64,000 nt of DNA from an uncultured delta proteobacterium (GCA_963727625.1 CAVSHR010000009.1:352001-416000); one strand, 5' to 3'; counted from the first letter of the stretch, positions 24,306 through 34,637 are shown. Numbers and translations: made by a program. Notes: generated from the letters alone by a model not told the origin.

Positions 24306-25508
24306 CTACGGGCAGCAATTCGAGCCCGGTCCGCAAACACTGCCGGATAATCGAGTGACGTTGAACTCAACGCCTTTGGTCTCGCGGGGGTGGCGTTTGT
24401 GATCGCGTGCGCAGTCGAACCGGCCGGCGTTTTCCGGTGCGATTTCCTCGCGCGGCGGCACCAGGATGAACTGGCCGGCATAGGGTGGCTGCGCATAGAG
24501 TTTGAACGTTTTGTCGCACACCGCCATACGCGCGCCACGTTCCAGCGTATGGCCGTCGTCATCGACCACTTGCTTCCAGGGGCCTCGGTAAATGACCGCC
24601 TGGTCACGCTCGATGCACGGCCCTTCCTTGCCCTTGTAGGCGGTCACGGTGACGGCGCGAAACTCGATGCCTTCGACGGTCTGATAAGGTTCCGAACTGA
24701 AGTCCTCGATCTGGATGCCGTGGAACTTGGCTTTTTCGAAAGCGCGGAGAAATTCCTCCTCTTGGAAGGCGCCGGAGACGCAGGCGCTCCAGAGACTCGG
24801 GTCCTTGGCTAGATGATCCGGCACCGGTTCGTCGCTGACGATGTCGGAAATCGCGACTCGGCCGCCGCGCTTGAGCACGCGGTACATCTCGGCGAACAGC
24901 GGCTTTTTATCCTCCGGCCGCACCAGGTTGAGCACGCAGTTGGAAACGATCACGTCGATGGAGTCATCGGCGATCAGCGGCTGCTCGCGCCGAATTTTGT
25001 TTTGGAATTCTTCCAAGCGCGCCAGATCGGCGACCGAGCCGATTGGATTGCGCCGCAAATAACGGTCGATTAATTCTAGATTGGTTTGCAGGTCTTGAAT
25101 CTTGCCCCGACGAAACTCGACGTTGTGGTAGCCGAGTCGGTCGCCGATGGACTTGCGGTATTTGCGCGCCAACTCCAGCATCGGCGGATTGAAGTCGATG
25201 CCGATGACTTTGCCCTGGGCGCCGACGATCTGGCCGATGATGTAGCATGCTTTGCCGCTGCCGGAGCCCAGGTCCAAAACCGTTTCGCCTCGATGAATAT
25301 AGCGCGACGGATCGCCGCAACCGTAGTCTTTTTCGATAATCTCGTCAGGGATAACGGTCAGCAAAGATTTGTCATAACTCACCGGCAGGCAGAGACAAGC
25401 CTCGACTTCTTCTGCAGCGTTGCCGTAGCGCTGTAATACTGCCGTTTCGGGGTTAAATCTCTTGCTTGAAATTGTGTCGTTGTTTGAGCCGTTCAAATCC
25501 ATATCCAT
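24306..25508 (-). CDS. ArsM-like SAM-dependent methyltransferase
   Basis: CLC, YGCGDP, VLDLGSGSG, SNCVLNL, WSACVSGA and C-terminal CC; adjacent to arsS. Confidence 0.8.
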   Translation of the reverse strand: MDMDLNGSNNDTISSKRFNPETAVLQRYGNAAEEVEACLCLPVSYDKSLLTVIPDEIIEKDYGCGDPSRYIHRGETVLDLGSGSGKACYIIGQIVGAQGKVIGIDFNPPMLELARKYRKSIGDRLGYHNVEFRRGKIQDLQTNLELIDRYLRRNPIGSVADLARLEEFQNKIRREQPLIADDSIDVIVSNCVLNLVRPEDKKPLFAEMYRVLKRGGRVAISDIVSDEPVPDHLAKDPSLWSACVSGAFQEEEFLRAFEKAKFHGIQIEDFSSEPYQTVEGIEFRAVTVTAYKGKEGPCIERDQAVIYRGPWKQVVDDDGHTLERGARMAVCDKTFKLYAQPPYAGQFILVPPREEIAPENAGRFDCARDHKRHPRETKGVEFNVTRLSGSVCGPGSNCCP

Positions 25509-25690
25509 CTGCCTTCCTCGTAACGCGATTGGCTTTAATTGCACCAGCTTGGCTCAATCCAAGCCGGCGGACAAGTAAGCCCAACATCGCCTGCGTCCGC
25601 TTTGGCTGTTGATTAAACGAAAAAAGGTGCAAAAAGTTCCGGGTTTGCGGATAGCTTGAAACTTTATGTACCGAGCCGGCTTGGGCCGAC

Positions 25691-26801
25691 TTAGGAATTC
25701 ACCGGCTCATCGGCCTGCATCAGGTACGCTTCTATGAATTGATCGATATCGCCGTCGAGCACCGCATCCGCGTTGCCGACTTCGACGTTAGTTCGGTGAT
25801 CTTTAACCATGCGGTAGGGATGAAGCACATAGGAACGGATCTGGCTGCCAAAGCCGATGTCCTTCTTGGTTTTGTGGTAGGTCTCCATTTTCTCTTTCTG
25901 CTTTTCGATTTCGAGCTCGTAGAGACGTGATTTTAAAATTTTCATCGCCATGGCGCGATTTTTATGTTGCGAGCGCTCGTTTTGACAGGCTACGACGATG
26001 CCGGTGGGAAGATGGGTCAGGCGCACGGCAGAGTCGGTCTTGTTCACATGCTGGCCGCCGGCGCCGCTCGAACGATAGGTATCGACGCGCAGGTCGGCTT
26101 CGTCGATCTCGACTTTGATATCGTCGTCCACTTCCGGATAGACAAAGACTGAAGCAAACGAAGTATGGCGCCGCGAGTTGGCGTCGAAAGGCGAGATCCG
26201 CACCAGGCGGTGAATACCGGCTTCGGCCTTTAAATAGCCGTAGGCGTAGTCGCCCTCCACCAGAAAGGTCACGCTTTTTACCCCCGCCTCTTCACCAGGC
26301 TGATATTCGAGAATTTCTTTCCGGTAGCCGCGCCGGTCGCACCAGCGCAGATACAGACGCAAGAGGATTTCGGCCCAATCCTGCGCCTCCGTGCCGCCGG
26401 CGCCCGGATGGAGCGTGACGATGGCATTGCGCCGGTCGTCCGGCCCGCCGAGCAACTGGGTAAGCTCGGTCTGCGCCATCTCCTTGCCGACGGCAGCGAC
26501 TTTGGCGACGGCCTCGGTCAATGCCTCGTCGCTCTTTTCCGCTTCGGCCACGTCGAGAAAAAAACGCGCCTCTTCGAGGTCGGCGTGATGTTTCGTCCAT
26601 GCGTCGATGACGCCTTTGAGAGCGGACTGTTCCTTGAAAATCGCCTGAGCTTTTTCCGCGTCGGTCCAGAAATCGGGTTGAGAGGTGATCTTGTTTAGTT
26701 CTGCGATCCGCTTTTGCTTGGTCTCGACGTCAAAGACGCCTCCGCAAAAGCTCGAGCCGCTCTTCCAAGTGGGTCAATTCCTCGCCGGTTTCTTCTAACA
26801 T
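25691..26801 (-). CDS. prfB: Peptide chain release factor 2, with programmed +1 frameshift
   Basis: ATG at 26801 gives MLEETGEELTHLEERLELLRRRL, then CTT TGA C; the downstream frame has SPF and GGQHVNKT. Confidence 0.96.
26729..26743 (-). promoter_or_regulatory. prfB +1 ribosomal frameshift site with internal Shine-Dalgarno
   Basis: Minus strand reads GGAGG CGT CTT TGA C. Confidence 0.93.
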
Positions 26802-26870
26802 TTAGGCTCTTTCTCGCACTGTAACTCGTGCATCGGACTCCTGAATTTGGGGATTTGAGGATCGCTGTGA

Positions 26871-27320
26871 TTATAGCCCGATTAAGCCCCGCTCACAAAG
26901 CTGCCGATAAATTTTCCGCTCCAGCCGCTTCATGACCAGGGCGTCTTTTGCCGAACGCTCGTGATCGTAGCCGAGCAAATGGACCACGCCGTGAATCAAC
27001 AGCGTGACCATCTCATGGTCCAAAGTATGCCGTCGCTCCTTGGCCTGTTGCGCGGCTTTCTCCACCGAAATGATCACGTCGCCGAGCAGCGGCGTCCCAA
27101 GCTGCAGATCCGTGCCGGCGGGAAAGGACAACACATCGGTCGGATAGTTCTTGTGCCGGTATCGGGAGTTGAGCTTTTGCATTTCGTCGTTGCCGATCAA
27201 CGCAAGGCTCAGCTCTGCGGTCTTCTGGCCGGTCAACTCGAGCACGGCCAAGGCAATTTTTTTGAACGTCCGGCTTGGATATTTCGTCCCGGCGCCGCGC
27301 CGGGCGATTTCAGCGGGCAT
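26871..27320 (-). CDS. ybeY: rRNA maturation endoribonuclease
   Basis: TDVLSFP, LGDVIIS and HGVVHLLGYDH motifs. Confidence 0.93.
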   Translation of the reverse strand: MPAEIARRGAGTKYPSRTFKKIALAVLELTGQKTAELSLALIGNDEMQKLNSRYRHKNYPTDVLSFPAGTDLQLGTPLLGDVIISVEKAAQQAKERRHTLDHEMVTLLIHGVVHLLGYDHERSAKDALVMKRLERKIYRQLCERGLIGL

Positions 27321-27362
27321 GTTCGGATACTAACGTTTCGACGGAAGACTTACGAGGCGGCG

Positions 27363-28436
27363 CTAGCGAACATTGAAGATCTGATTGTAAGAAGCGATCA
27401 GTTCATTCAAGTTCGGACCGATGGTCGCCGGATTCACGAACACGAACTCTTTTTTGTAGAGTTCTTGATGGCGCGGAATCTGTTTGATCCCCTTGCGCAG
27501 TGTCATGCGCGGGATTTGCTGGGCCAAAACCGTTTGGCCTTCCTCGGAAAGCATCCAGTCGATGAAGAGTATGGAGGCGTACGGATGGGCGGAACGACGC
27601 ATGAGCGCAAGCCCGCTGGGTTCGGCCGGATAAGGATCGAGCAAGCGGTAATCGATCGGCGCGCCTTTTTCTTTGTACTCGGTGGCACGCCGGCCCCGCG
27701 CGGCGATAGCGAGCGCCGACTCGCCGGCAAGCATGAGCTGCAAACGCATGACGCTGCTGCTGCCGGGAATATGGAGCTCTTGGCGCGCCAGCGCGCGCAT
27801 GAAATCCAACCCTTTGGCCTTGCCCATGCCGTCGAGCATGACCGAGTACCAGGCGTACTCGTCGCTACCGAAATTCATCTTGCCTTTCCATTTTGGCTGC
27901 AGCAGCTCTTGATAGCTGCGCGGCGCTTGGTCCGGTGGCGCCAGCTTGGTGTTAAAGGCCAGCACGAGCGGCGTCACCTCTGTCGACGACCAAAAGCCCT
28001 GCGGATCGTAGGAACCGGTCGGGAAGGCTTTCAGCTCCGGCGAAAGGTAGGGTGCCGAATAGCCCTGTAGTTTAAGCTCCCACATCTCCACCGGCGCTGA
28101 GCCGACCACATCGACCGCAAAGCGACCGGCCCGGGCCTCGGTTTCGACCTTGGGCATGATCGATGACTGGGACAATCTGTTTACCGTCACCTTGACGTAG
28201 GGCACGGCTTTTTCGAAGGCGCCGACGATCTTGGGAAAATCGGTCAAGCTCATCGAAGTGTACCAGACGACTTCCCCTTCTTTACGCGCACCTTCCTCAA
28301 GCGCCGCTTTTCGTTGTCCAGGCGCAAGATTTCTCAGGTTTTTAACGACGTCTGCGACCGTCGCTGCCTGGCCGTGGGCGATCGGAGAGAACAGCGGCCA
28401 TAGCGCCGCTAGCAATATAGCTCGGACAAACCGCAT
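27363..28436 (-). CDS. ABC-type extracellular solute-binding protein (Fe3+/thiamine-like family), orphan
   Basis: Signal peptide, EGEVVWYTS, ELLQPKWKG and HPYASILFIDWMLSEEGQ. Confidence 0.8.
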   Translation of the reverse strand: MRFVRAILLAALWPLFSPIAHGQAATVADVVKNLRNLAPGQRKAALEEGARKEGEVVWYTSMSLTDFPKIVGAFEKAVPYVKVTVNRLSQSSIMPKVETEARAGRFAVDVVGSAPVEMWELKLQGYSAPYLSPELKAFPTGSYDPQGFWSSTEVTPLVLAFNTKLAPPDQAPRSYQELLQPKWKGKMNFGSDEYAWYSVMLDGMGKAKGLDFMRALARQELHIPGSSSVMRLQLMLAGESALAIAARGRRATEYKEKGAPIDYRLLDPYPAEPSGLALMRRSAHPYASILFIDWMLSEEGQTVLAQQIPRMTLRKGIKQIPRHQELYKKEFVFVNPATIGPNLNELIASYNQIFNVR

Positions 28437-28592
28437 ATCTAGTCGCAATGAATTGCGCCTGATTTAACACCAAGTCGTTAAGCGGTCAAGCCGCTGTGAG
28501 CGAGCGCCGCAATCTTGCCCGCATGCTGACTTAATTGACTTGCGAAAGTCGATTTGCTAAAAAAAGTGAAGTTCGATTCTCAGGAGGATAAG

Positions 28593-28865
28593 ATGACGTA
28601 CATCATTGCTGAGCCCTGCATCGATATCAAAGACACTGCTTGTGTCGATGTCTGCCCGGTCGATTGCATTCACCCAACCAAAAACGAAACCGAAGAATTT
28701 GAGAAGGAAAATAAGCTCTATATCGATCCGGAGGAGTGCATTGATTGCGGTGCCTGCGAACCGGTCTGCCCTGTGGAAGCGATCTTCGAAGAAGCCGCGA
28801 CGCCGGACAAATGGAAGAAATTCATCCAAATCGACGCCGACTGGTATAAAGCGAAAAAGGGCTGA
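28593..28865 (+). CDS. Ferredoxin (FdxA-like)
   Basis: MTYIIAEPCIDIKDTACVDVCPVDCI...CIDCGACEPVCP; RBS aggagg. Confidence 0.93.
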   Translation: MTYIIAEPCIDIKDTACVDVCPVDCIHPTKNETEEFEKENKLYIDPEECIDCGACEPVCPVEAIFEEAATPDKWKKFIQIDADWYKAKKG

Positions 28866-28901
28866 TCAACAGCTCCTTTCCCGCGCGCTAAAGTTGCCCA
28901 C

Positions 28902-28929
28902 GGGCTGAGTTAAAACTCAGCCCTTTTTT
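28902..28929 (+). terminator. Rho-independent terminator
   Basis: gggctgagtt-aa-aactcagccc followed by tttttt. Confidence 0.85.
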
Positions 28930-28954
28930 GTTGCGCACCCGGTTTTCACCCGCT

Positions 28955-30184
28955 CTAGTTTACCCTGACCCGGATCACACCGTTGCTGCTTCCTCCCTTG
29001 CCGTCGGCGACGCGATAAACAAAACCATCGATGATGTTCGACTGGCGAGCCGGTGGCCAATACCGCACAAACGAGCCGCGCAGTTGTACGGCGCCACCGC
29101 GACTGGATCGGTCATGGGGCAGTGAAAATCGTAGCGGATCGCCGTTGGCATCGAAGGTTAGATAATCCAGATTGATCGTGACCGGAGTATTTGCAGGCGT
29201 CGCAACCGCGGTGTTGAACGCTTTGGGCTTTAGGTTGCCGGGAAAAATCAACTTGAGTTTTTGCAGGATTTCGATCATCCGCCTGGCTATGCTTTTCACC
29301 GCGCCTCGTTCAATGCCGAGGTAACCATGATACGTCAGCGCGTTACAGGGGGCCGGATCCAACTCGAACCCGCCGACCACACCGTTTAAGGCCGAAGATA
29401 CGCCCGCGGCGAGAAAGTCGTTGTGCAAAGCCACCGCATCGACCGGCTTGGTTACCGCACAACCATCCTGTTTATGGGCAAGAACATGAACCGGGACGCT
29501 GACAAAGTCAGGTTTCAAGCGCGGGTGCGTCGAAGTGGCACCAATCCATAGATTCTGCGGATTTCCGCTCGGCGAGGTAACAGGGCTTGAAAGCATGCTC
29601 CCTATGCCCAGCATATTCTGAGCGGTTACGGAAATCGTCCCTCGACTGGTGCCCGCGAGAAAAACATTCAGATGCTGCGTGCCGTATTGTTTGGTGACCG
29701 CCGCCAATACCGTGGCGATGTCCTGCGCGTGAGCGGGGCTGACCCGATATTGATCGAACTCCGCATTTGAAAAACCTTGAGTGGTGGACGGCCGATCGAT
29801 GGTCACCGCAAGAAAACCAAATTCGGCAAAAAGCTGCGCGCTACGAACCAGAAAATTGTTGCCCACCGCGGCCACCCCACCCGTACCGTCCGGGGTAATG
29901 CCGGTCCCACCCGCACCGCCGGAAAAAAGCATGACGACCGCCTTCGGAGCGCCCATAGGCAGGTGCACCATGTACTGCACGGTGACATCCAGATCGTTTC
30001 CGACGCCGTTCTCCTGACGCGTGCTGATAATGCCGTAAAGACCGCAAGGCGCCGAGTCGATAATGTTGTTGGCGTCTTGGCTGTTCACCACGCATTCCGG
30101 CAGGGATGCGGCGCGACCGTCGCTAACTGCGTTTGCACCGATCAAGAAGCAGACAAACAAAAACAGCGCTGCTCGTTTGACCAT
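28955..30184 (-). CDS. Secreted alpha/beta-hydrolase-like protein with a C-terminal Ig-like (Big_9/cadherin-like) domain
   Basis: Signal peptide; GTSRG nucleophile elbow; H..D.C and HGYLG; tail DANGDPL...DGFVYRVADGKGG. Confidence 0.65.
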   Translation of the reverse strand: MVKRAALFLFVCFLIGANAVSDGRAASLPECVVNSQDANNIIDSAPCGLYGIISTRQENGVGNDLDVTVQYMVHLPMGAPKAVVMLFSGGAGGTGITPDGTGGVAAVGNNFLVRSAQLFAEFGFLAVTIDRPSTTQGFSNAEFDQYRVSPAHAQDIATVLAAVTKQYGTQHLNVFLAGTSRGTISVTAQNMLGIGSMLSSPVTSPSGNPQNLWIGATSTHPRLKPDFVSVPVHVLAHKQDGCAVTKPVDAVALHNDFLAAGVSSALNGVVGGFELDPAPCNALTYHGYLGIERGAVKSIARRMIEILQKLKLIFPGNLKPKAFNTAVATPANTPVTINLDYLTFDANGDPLRFSLPHDRSSRGGAVQLRGSFVRYWPPARQSNIIDGFVYRVADGKGGSSNGVIRVRVN

Positions 30185-30401
30185 AAGTTACCTCCTGCTT
30201 GCCGCCCATTTTACTGAAACTGCGCCGCAAACCTCAATGGATATCGCGATTTTTCACTCGGCCGGCAGCCTGTCAGGTTGAACCATTGAGAGAAATAATG
30301 CGACACTCGCGTCATCATGAAGAAAATTCTTTTGGAAAATTTGACTTGATCCCTCCGCGTTCTCTGTTGTACGCATGCAATTGACGAGAAGGGAGCATCC
30401 T

Positions 30402-31471
30402 ATGGTTTTAGTTTTAAAAAACGATCAGATGGAAAATCTGCTGCCGATGTCCGAGGAGATCGACGCCATCGAGCAAGCCTACCGCGAACTGGGCCAGGGT
30501 AAGGCAATGAATGCGCCGCGGTCGCGCTTGAGAACCCCGTGGAAAGAAGAAGGCGGCCAGTATTATTTCAATAACATCATGGGGCTGGTGCCCGGCATGA
30601 AGTCGATGGCGCTGCGCATCGACTCGAGCTTTTCTAAAGAAGTTCAGGTCGGAGGGAGCAAGCGACGCGTTTACCCCGGCGACTTCATCGGCCTGGTCAT
30701 GCTTTTCGACATGGATACTTGCGAAATCCTCGCGCTGATGGACGATCATTTCATATCGACCATGAGGGTCGGCGCCACCAGCGCGGTCGCCAGTAAGTAC
30801 CTTGCGCGCAAAGATGCCCAGGTGATGGGGCTGCTCGGCGCCGGTGAGCAGGCCAAGACCCAGCTGACGGCTCACGCCGTCGTGCGGAAGCTGAGCAAGG
30901 TCAAAGTGTACAGCCCGACCAAAGCGAACCGTGAACGCTTTGCCAACGAGATGAGCCGGAAGAGTCCGGCATCGAGGTCGTGCCGGTCGACTCCGCCGAA
31001 GCGGCGATCCGCGGCAGCGACATCGTCACCGCGGCGACCAACACCGTCGATCCGGTGATTCAAGGAAAATGGGTCGAAGACGGCATGCACCTGAACAGCA
31101 TCGTCGGCGGCGACGGATTTTTACCGCGCAGAGAGCTCGACGACGAGGCCGTGATGAAGGCCGGGCTTATCGTCGTCGGCTTCAAGCAACAAATTTTTCT
31201 CGACAAGCAGGCCGAGTTTCATGATCGACTCGCGCGCGGATTGGTTAAAGCCGAGGATCTCCACGAGCTCGGCGACTTGGTCAACGGCAACTGCCGCGGC
31301 CGGCGCGATGATCAAGAGATTACATTTTTTAAAAACAACACCGGCATGGGCATTCAATTCGCCGCCACCGCGCGGAAAATGTACGAGAAGGCCAGGGAGA
31401 AGGGCCTCGGCACCGAATTGCCGCTGGACTTGTTCATGACCAAGCGCGGCGATAAATTGTATTCGCCGTGA
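30402..31471 (+). pseudogene. Ornithine cyclodeaminase/mu-crystallin family protein, frameshifted near 30960
   Basis: RVGATSAVA and GAGEQA in one frame; SDIVTAATN and FKNNTGMGIQ in another. Confidence 0.8.
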
Positions 31472-31527
31472 GGAAGAAACGTCAACGGTCAGGCGCTAGG
31501 GATGAGGCGTCCCCTATCCACCGGCAT

Positions 31528-31589
31528 TTCAACGGTTTGAACGGAGCGCACCGATTGAACAGAGCGAAGCGGTTGAACGGCTTGGACGA
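31528..31589. repeat. Intergenic TTGAAC-type short repeat cluster (REP-like)
   Basis: ttcaacggtttgaacggagcgcaccgattgaacagagcgaagcggttgaacggcttggacg; a related cluster lies at 61864-61939. Confidence 0.6.
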
Positions 31590-31667
31590 ATATCCTGCTC
31601 AGAGACACGCCAGTTTCAGCCACAGGCAAGAAGCACTTGACAGGCTAAATAGATGGGAGATGTGAGT

Positions 31668-32375
31668 ATGCGCGATTGGGAAGCTTTTGTTCCGGAAGAA
31701 GAACGAAAAATCTACGAAAAGGCCGGCTATAAAGGCAAAGAAAAGTTCGGCGTCAACCCGGCGCTGATCATCATCGATGTCATCACCGGTTTCACCGGCA
31801 CCAAGCCGATGCCGGTGATGGACGCCATCGATGAATTCCCCACCAGCTGCGGCCAGGTGGCTTGGGACGCGCTGCCAAAAATTCAGCAATTGCTCCAAGC
31901 CTGCCGCGCCGCCGACGTTCCGGTGATTTACTCCACCAGCGATCCGGAATTCAAAGCCGCCTTCGGAAACGCAACCAAGCGCGGCGTCGACAAGACCGAC
32001 TTCGAAAAGCTCGCCGTCGAATTTCCCGACATGATCAAACCGCGCGACAACGAATTTATCGTTCGCAAGGCGCGCGCCAGCGCTTTCTTCGGCACCCACT
32101 TAATCACTTATCTGGTCCGCAAAAAAATTGATTGCCTGCTGATCGCCGGCACCAGCACCTGCGGCTGCGTGCGCGGCACGGTCCTCGACGGCTATTCCTA
32201 TGGTTACCCGGTGTTTCCCGTTGAAGAATGTATCTTCGACCGTTCACGCACCTCGCATCTGGTAAATCTTTTCGAGATGAACGCCAAGTACGCCAGCGTG
32301 ATTCAGTTAAGCGAAGCGCTCGACTACGTCGGCAAGATCAAGCGAATGGAAGGTAGAAAGGCGATCGCCAGCTAA
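31668..32375 (+). CDS. Isochorismatase-family cysteine hydrolase
   Basis: PALIIIDV, K.RASAFFGT and GTSTCGCVRGT motifs. Confidence 0.88.
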   Translation: MRDWEAFVPEEERKIYEKAGYKGKEKFGVNPALIIIDVITGFTGTKPMPVMDAIDEFPTSCGQVAWDALPKIQQLLQACRAADVPVIYSTSDPEFKAAFGNATKRGVDKTDFEKLAVEFPDMIKPRDNEFIVRKARASAFFGTHLITYLVRKKIDCLLIAGTSTCGCVRGTVLDGYSYGYPVFPVEECIFDRSRTSHLVNLFEMNAKYASVIQLSEALDYVGKIKRMEGRKAIAS

Positions 32376-32488
32376 GAGCGAATAAAGGTAGGCGGGGCAT
32401 TTTCCCCCGCGAGGCAGATTGGATAGTTCGCCCTGCCAGTGCCGTTATTTGTTGCAGGTTCGCTGCCCGTGCTAGACTTAGTTGATCG

Positions 32489-32986
32489 ATGGAGAAAACC
32501 CTACAAGTTCTGAACGATCTGGTGCGCGATGGCGTCCTTACCCACTATGCAATCGGCGGCGCTATGGGAGCGACATTCTATGTCGAGCCAGTTCTCACCT
32601 TCGACTTAGACATTTTCGTAATTCTGCCCCAAACAGGCTCCACCCGACTGACGCTTGAACCTTTGTACACGGCGCTGCGAGCGCGCGGTTATGTGGAGGA
32701 AAGCGAGTGCGTAAACATTGAAGGTGTGCCAGTGCAGTTCTTACCGGCTTACAATGACTTGACAATAGAGGCGTTGAACCAAGCTCGCGAGGTTTTGTAC
32801 GAGCAAACTCCCGCAAGAGTGATCCGCGCGGAGCATCTTTTAGCCATCGCCCTACAAACTGGACGCGACAAAGACCGGGAACGGGTACGATTGCTCAGAG
32901 AACAAACAAAACTCGATGCTGAATTGCTCGACAGCCTGTTGCGACGCCACGGGTTAGAAGGAAAATGGAAACCATGGTCACCGTGA
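32489..32986 (+). CDS. Putative nucleotidyltransferase-fold protein (DUF6036-like)
   Basis: YAIGGAMG...TFDLDIFV...GRDKD (Pol-beta-type GG/DxD motif). Confidence 0.65.
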   Translation: MEKTLQVLNDLVRDGVLTHYAIGGAMGATFYVEPVLTFDLDIFVILPQTGSTRLTLEPLYTALRARGYVEESECVNIEGVPVQFLPAYNDLTIEALNQAREVLYEQTPARVIRAEHLLAIALQTGRDKDRERVRLLREQTKLDAELLDSLLRRHGLEGKWKPWSP

Positions 32987-33234
32987 ATCCAATCATCGAT
33001 AAATTGATCGCGGCAAAGGAGTGCCGTCGGCGCAAGCTTGCGGCCCTGCCGTTCGCCGAAAAAGTACGGCTGGTGGTGAAGCTACAGCAACTAGCGGCCC
33101 CCGTTTTGCGCGCACGCGGCCTTTCCGTCCATGTGTGGTCGCTGGAGGCCGGAAACCCCGGCATTATGGAAAACTCTGCAACGGATGGTTTCGCTGCATC
33201 CGGTAGGTTGCAAAGCCGCGGCGGTCCAAAGTAA
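32974..33234 (+). CDS. Small basic partner of the nucleotidyltransferase (hypothetical)
   Basis: Overlaps the NTase stop; AAKECRRRKLAALPFAEKVRLVVKLQ. Confidence 0.5.
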   Translation: MVTVNPIIDKLIAAKECRRRKLAALPFAEKVRLVVKLQQLAAPVLRARGLSVHVWSLEAGNPGIMENSATDGFAASGRLQSRGGPK

Positions 33235-33577
33235 AGACCTTGTCGGTCTCAAGTTCCTCCGCCAGCGCCATCAACGTGGCGTCGGCGAAATTCATCGTCA
33301 CGTTGCGATACCCTTCCATCAGCGCCGCGACCCGTTGCAAACTGGCCACTGAAGAAAGAATCACCTGGAACACGCCTCTAAGAACAAATTCTAGACAAAC
33401 TTTTTGCCCGCGCCAGTACGGCCCGACCAAGTAGAGCGTCTCGGTCAAAGCCGCTTCGGTGGTGACCACAGGTCCGGACCATTGTTCCAGCGCGCCGACG
33501 CGCGCGCCGTGCATTTTCTCGTCGCGGTCGATGAGGGCGACGAAAGTGCCGGTATCGAGCAACAGCTCATCGACCAC
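33164..33577 (-). CDS. PIN-domain (VapC-like) toxin
   Basis: LLLDTG, TTEAALTETLYL, FADATL and TLDRRGF; GTG start overlaps the antitoxin stop. Confidence 0.8.
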   Translation of the reverse strand: MVDELLLDTGTFVALIDRDEKMHGARVGALEQWSGPVVTTEAALTETLYLVGPYWRGQKVCLEFVLRGVFQVILSSVASLQRVAALMEGYRNVTMNFADATLMALAEELETDKVFTLDRRGFATYRMQRNHPLQSFP

Positions 33578-33797
33578 GGCGCAGCCTGCGGACGAGATAA
33601 TTGCGATGGCGCTGGCCCAGGTCGGGCCGGCCGCTGGCGACGCTGCCGAGCAGGTCGCGTAGCTGATCGATCGGGCGCACTTCCGGTTCGCTGTTGAGAT
33701 ATTGCTCCAACTCCGCGCGCACGACATCCGAGCGATTGCGTTTGAGCCGCTTGGCCGAGTGTTCCAGTTTCGCGGCCAGGGCCCCCGACAAACGCAT
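33567..33797 (-). CDS. RHH/CopG-type antitoxin
   Basis: QLTMRLSGALAAKLE...RSDVVRAELEQYL...DLLGSVASGRPDL, directly upstream of the PIN gene. Confidence 0.75.
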   Translation of the reverse strand: MRLSGALAAKLEHSAKRLKRNRSDVVRAELEQYLNSEPEVRPIDQLRDLLGSVASGRPDLGQRHRNYLVRRLRRGR

Positions 33798-33971
33798 AGT
33801 TAATTGACTTTCCAGCGGCGCACTATCTTCAGCGATGCATAGTGGTGCACAGTAAAAAAGTACTTGCTCCAAATGCTTTAAAAGTGTATGTGCGACAAGA
33901 GTCGTACACATAGTACTTGCGAACTATATAACCTTTGATCCTGGGACTAACAATAATGAGGAGGGAATTTT

Positions 33972-34241
33972 ATGGCTAGCAAGACATACCATGGGGTTAC
34001 TGAGGAAATATTCAAGTGCGTCAAAACCAAGAGCCACAGTGAGCACGGCACGATTTACGATCCCCCGACGGGAAACAAGGGAACCGCAACAACCTCCATC
34101 CCCGTGTTAGGAAAAATAGTATTGGGCTACGATCTGCAACCCAATAGGGACCTGACGTACACCATTATCGAAAAGCCGGGCCTGGCTCCTGAAGGCGAAA
34201 TTTGGAGCGGTATTGAGAAAACCATCAACGGCTGCCGATAA
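33972..34241 (+). CDS. Small hypothetical protein (89 aa, two Cys)
   Basis: RBS gaggga, natural composition, followed by a long hairpin. Confidence 0.65.
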   Translation: MASKTYHGVTEEIFKCVKTKSHSEHGTIYDPPTGNKGTATTSIPVLGKIVLGYDLQPNRDLTYTIIEKPGLAPEGEIWSGIEKTINGCR

Positions 34242-34264
34242 GGGCAGTCGTGAGTTTGGAACGC

Positions 34265-34308
34265 ACCAGAAATGGGGCACTCGGACGTAAGAGTGCCCCA
34301 TTTCTGGT
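34265..34308. terminator. 18-bp perfect stem-loop after the 89-aa gene
   Basis: accagaaatggggcactc-ggacgtaa-gagtgccccatttctggt. Confidence 0.65.
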
Positions 34309-34637
34309 CTCATCGCGTTCCCCATGCTGTAACGTGGTTTTCGTGACATGTTTGTCATGACTGGCCGTAAAGCGCTGCAGCCACTGCCCTGGCTGACTCC
34401 CTCATGATTATTTCGCGCCGTTTGGCAGAGCCGCTGTCGGGCCACCTGAACTCGCGCCGCCCACACCGATGCGGCCGGAGTCTTCCGCAAGCGATTCCGC
34501 ATTGGCAGCCAACCATTCGAGCGTGCCATGGAGAATCTGTCTGACCGCAGCAATCCGTGGTACAAGTCAATCTCCGTTTTCATGTCCCGTAGTCGTTCGA
34601 TGCGCTTACAAGTCACATACGAGAGAGAATAATTGAA

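Noticed and set aside
26729-26743. prfB frameshift as a novelty or sequencing error
   Set aside because: It is the well-known programmed CTT-TGA autoregulatory site.
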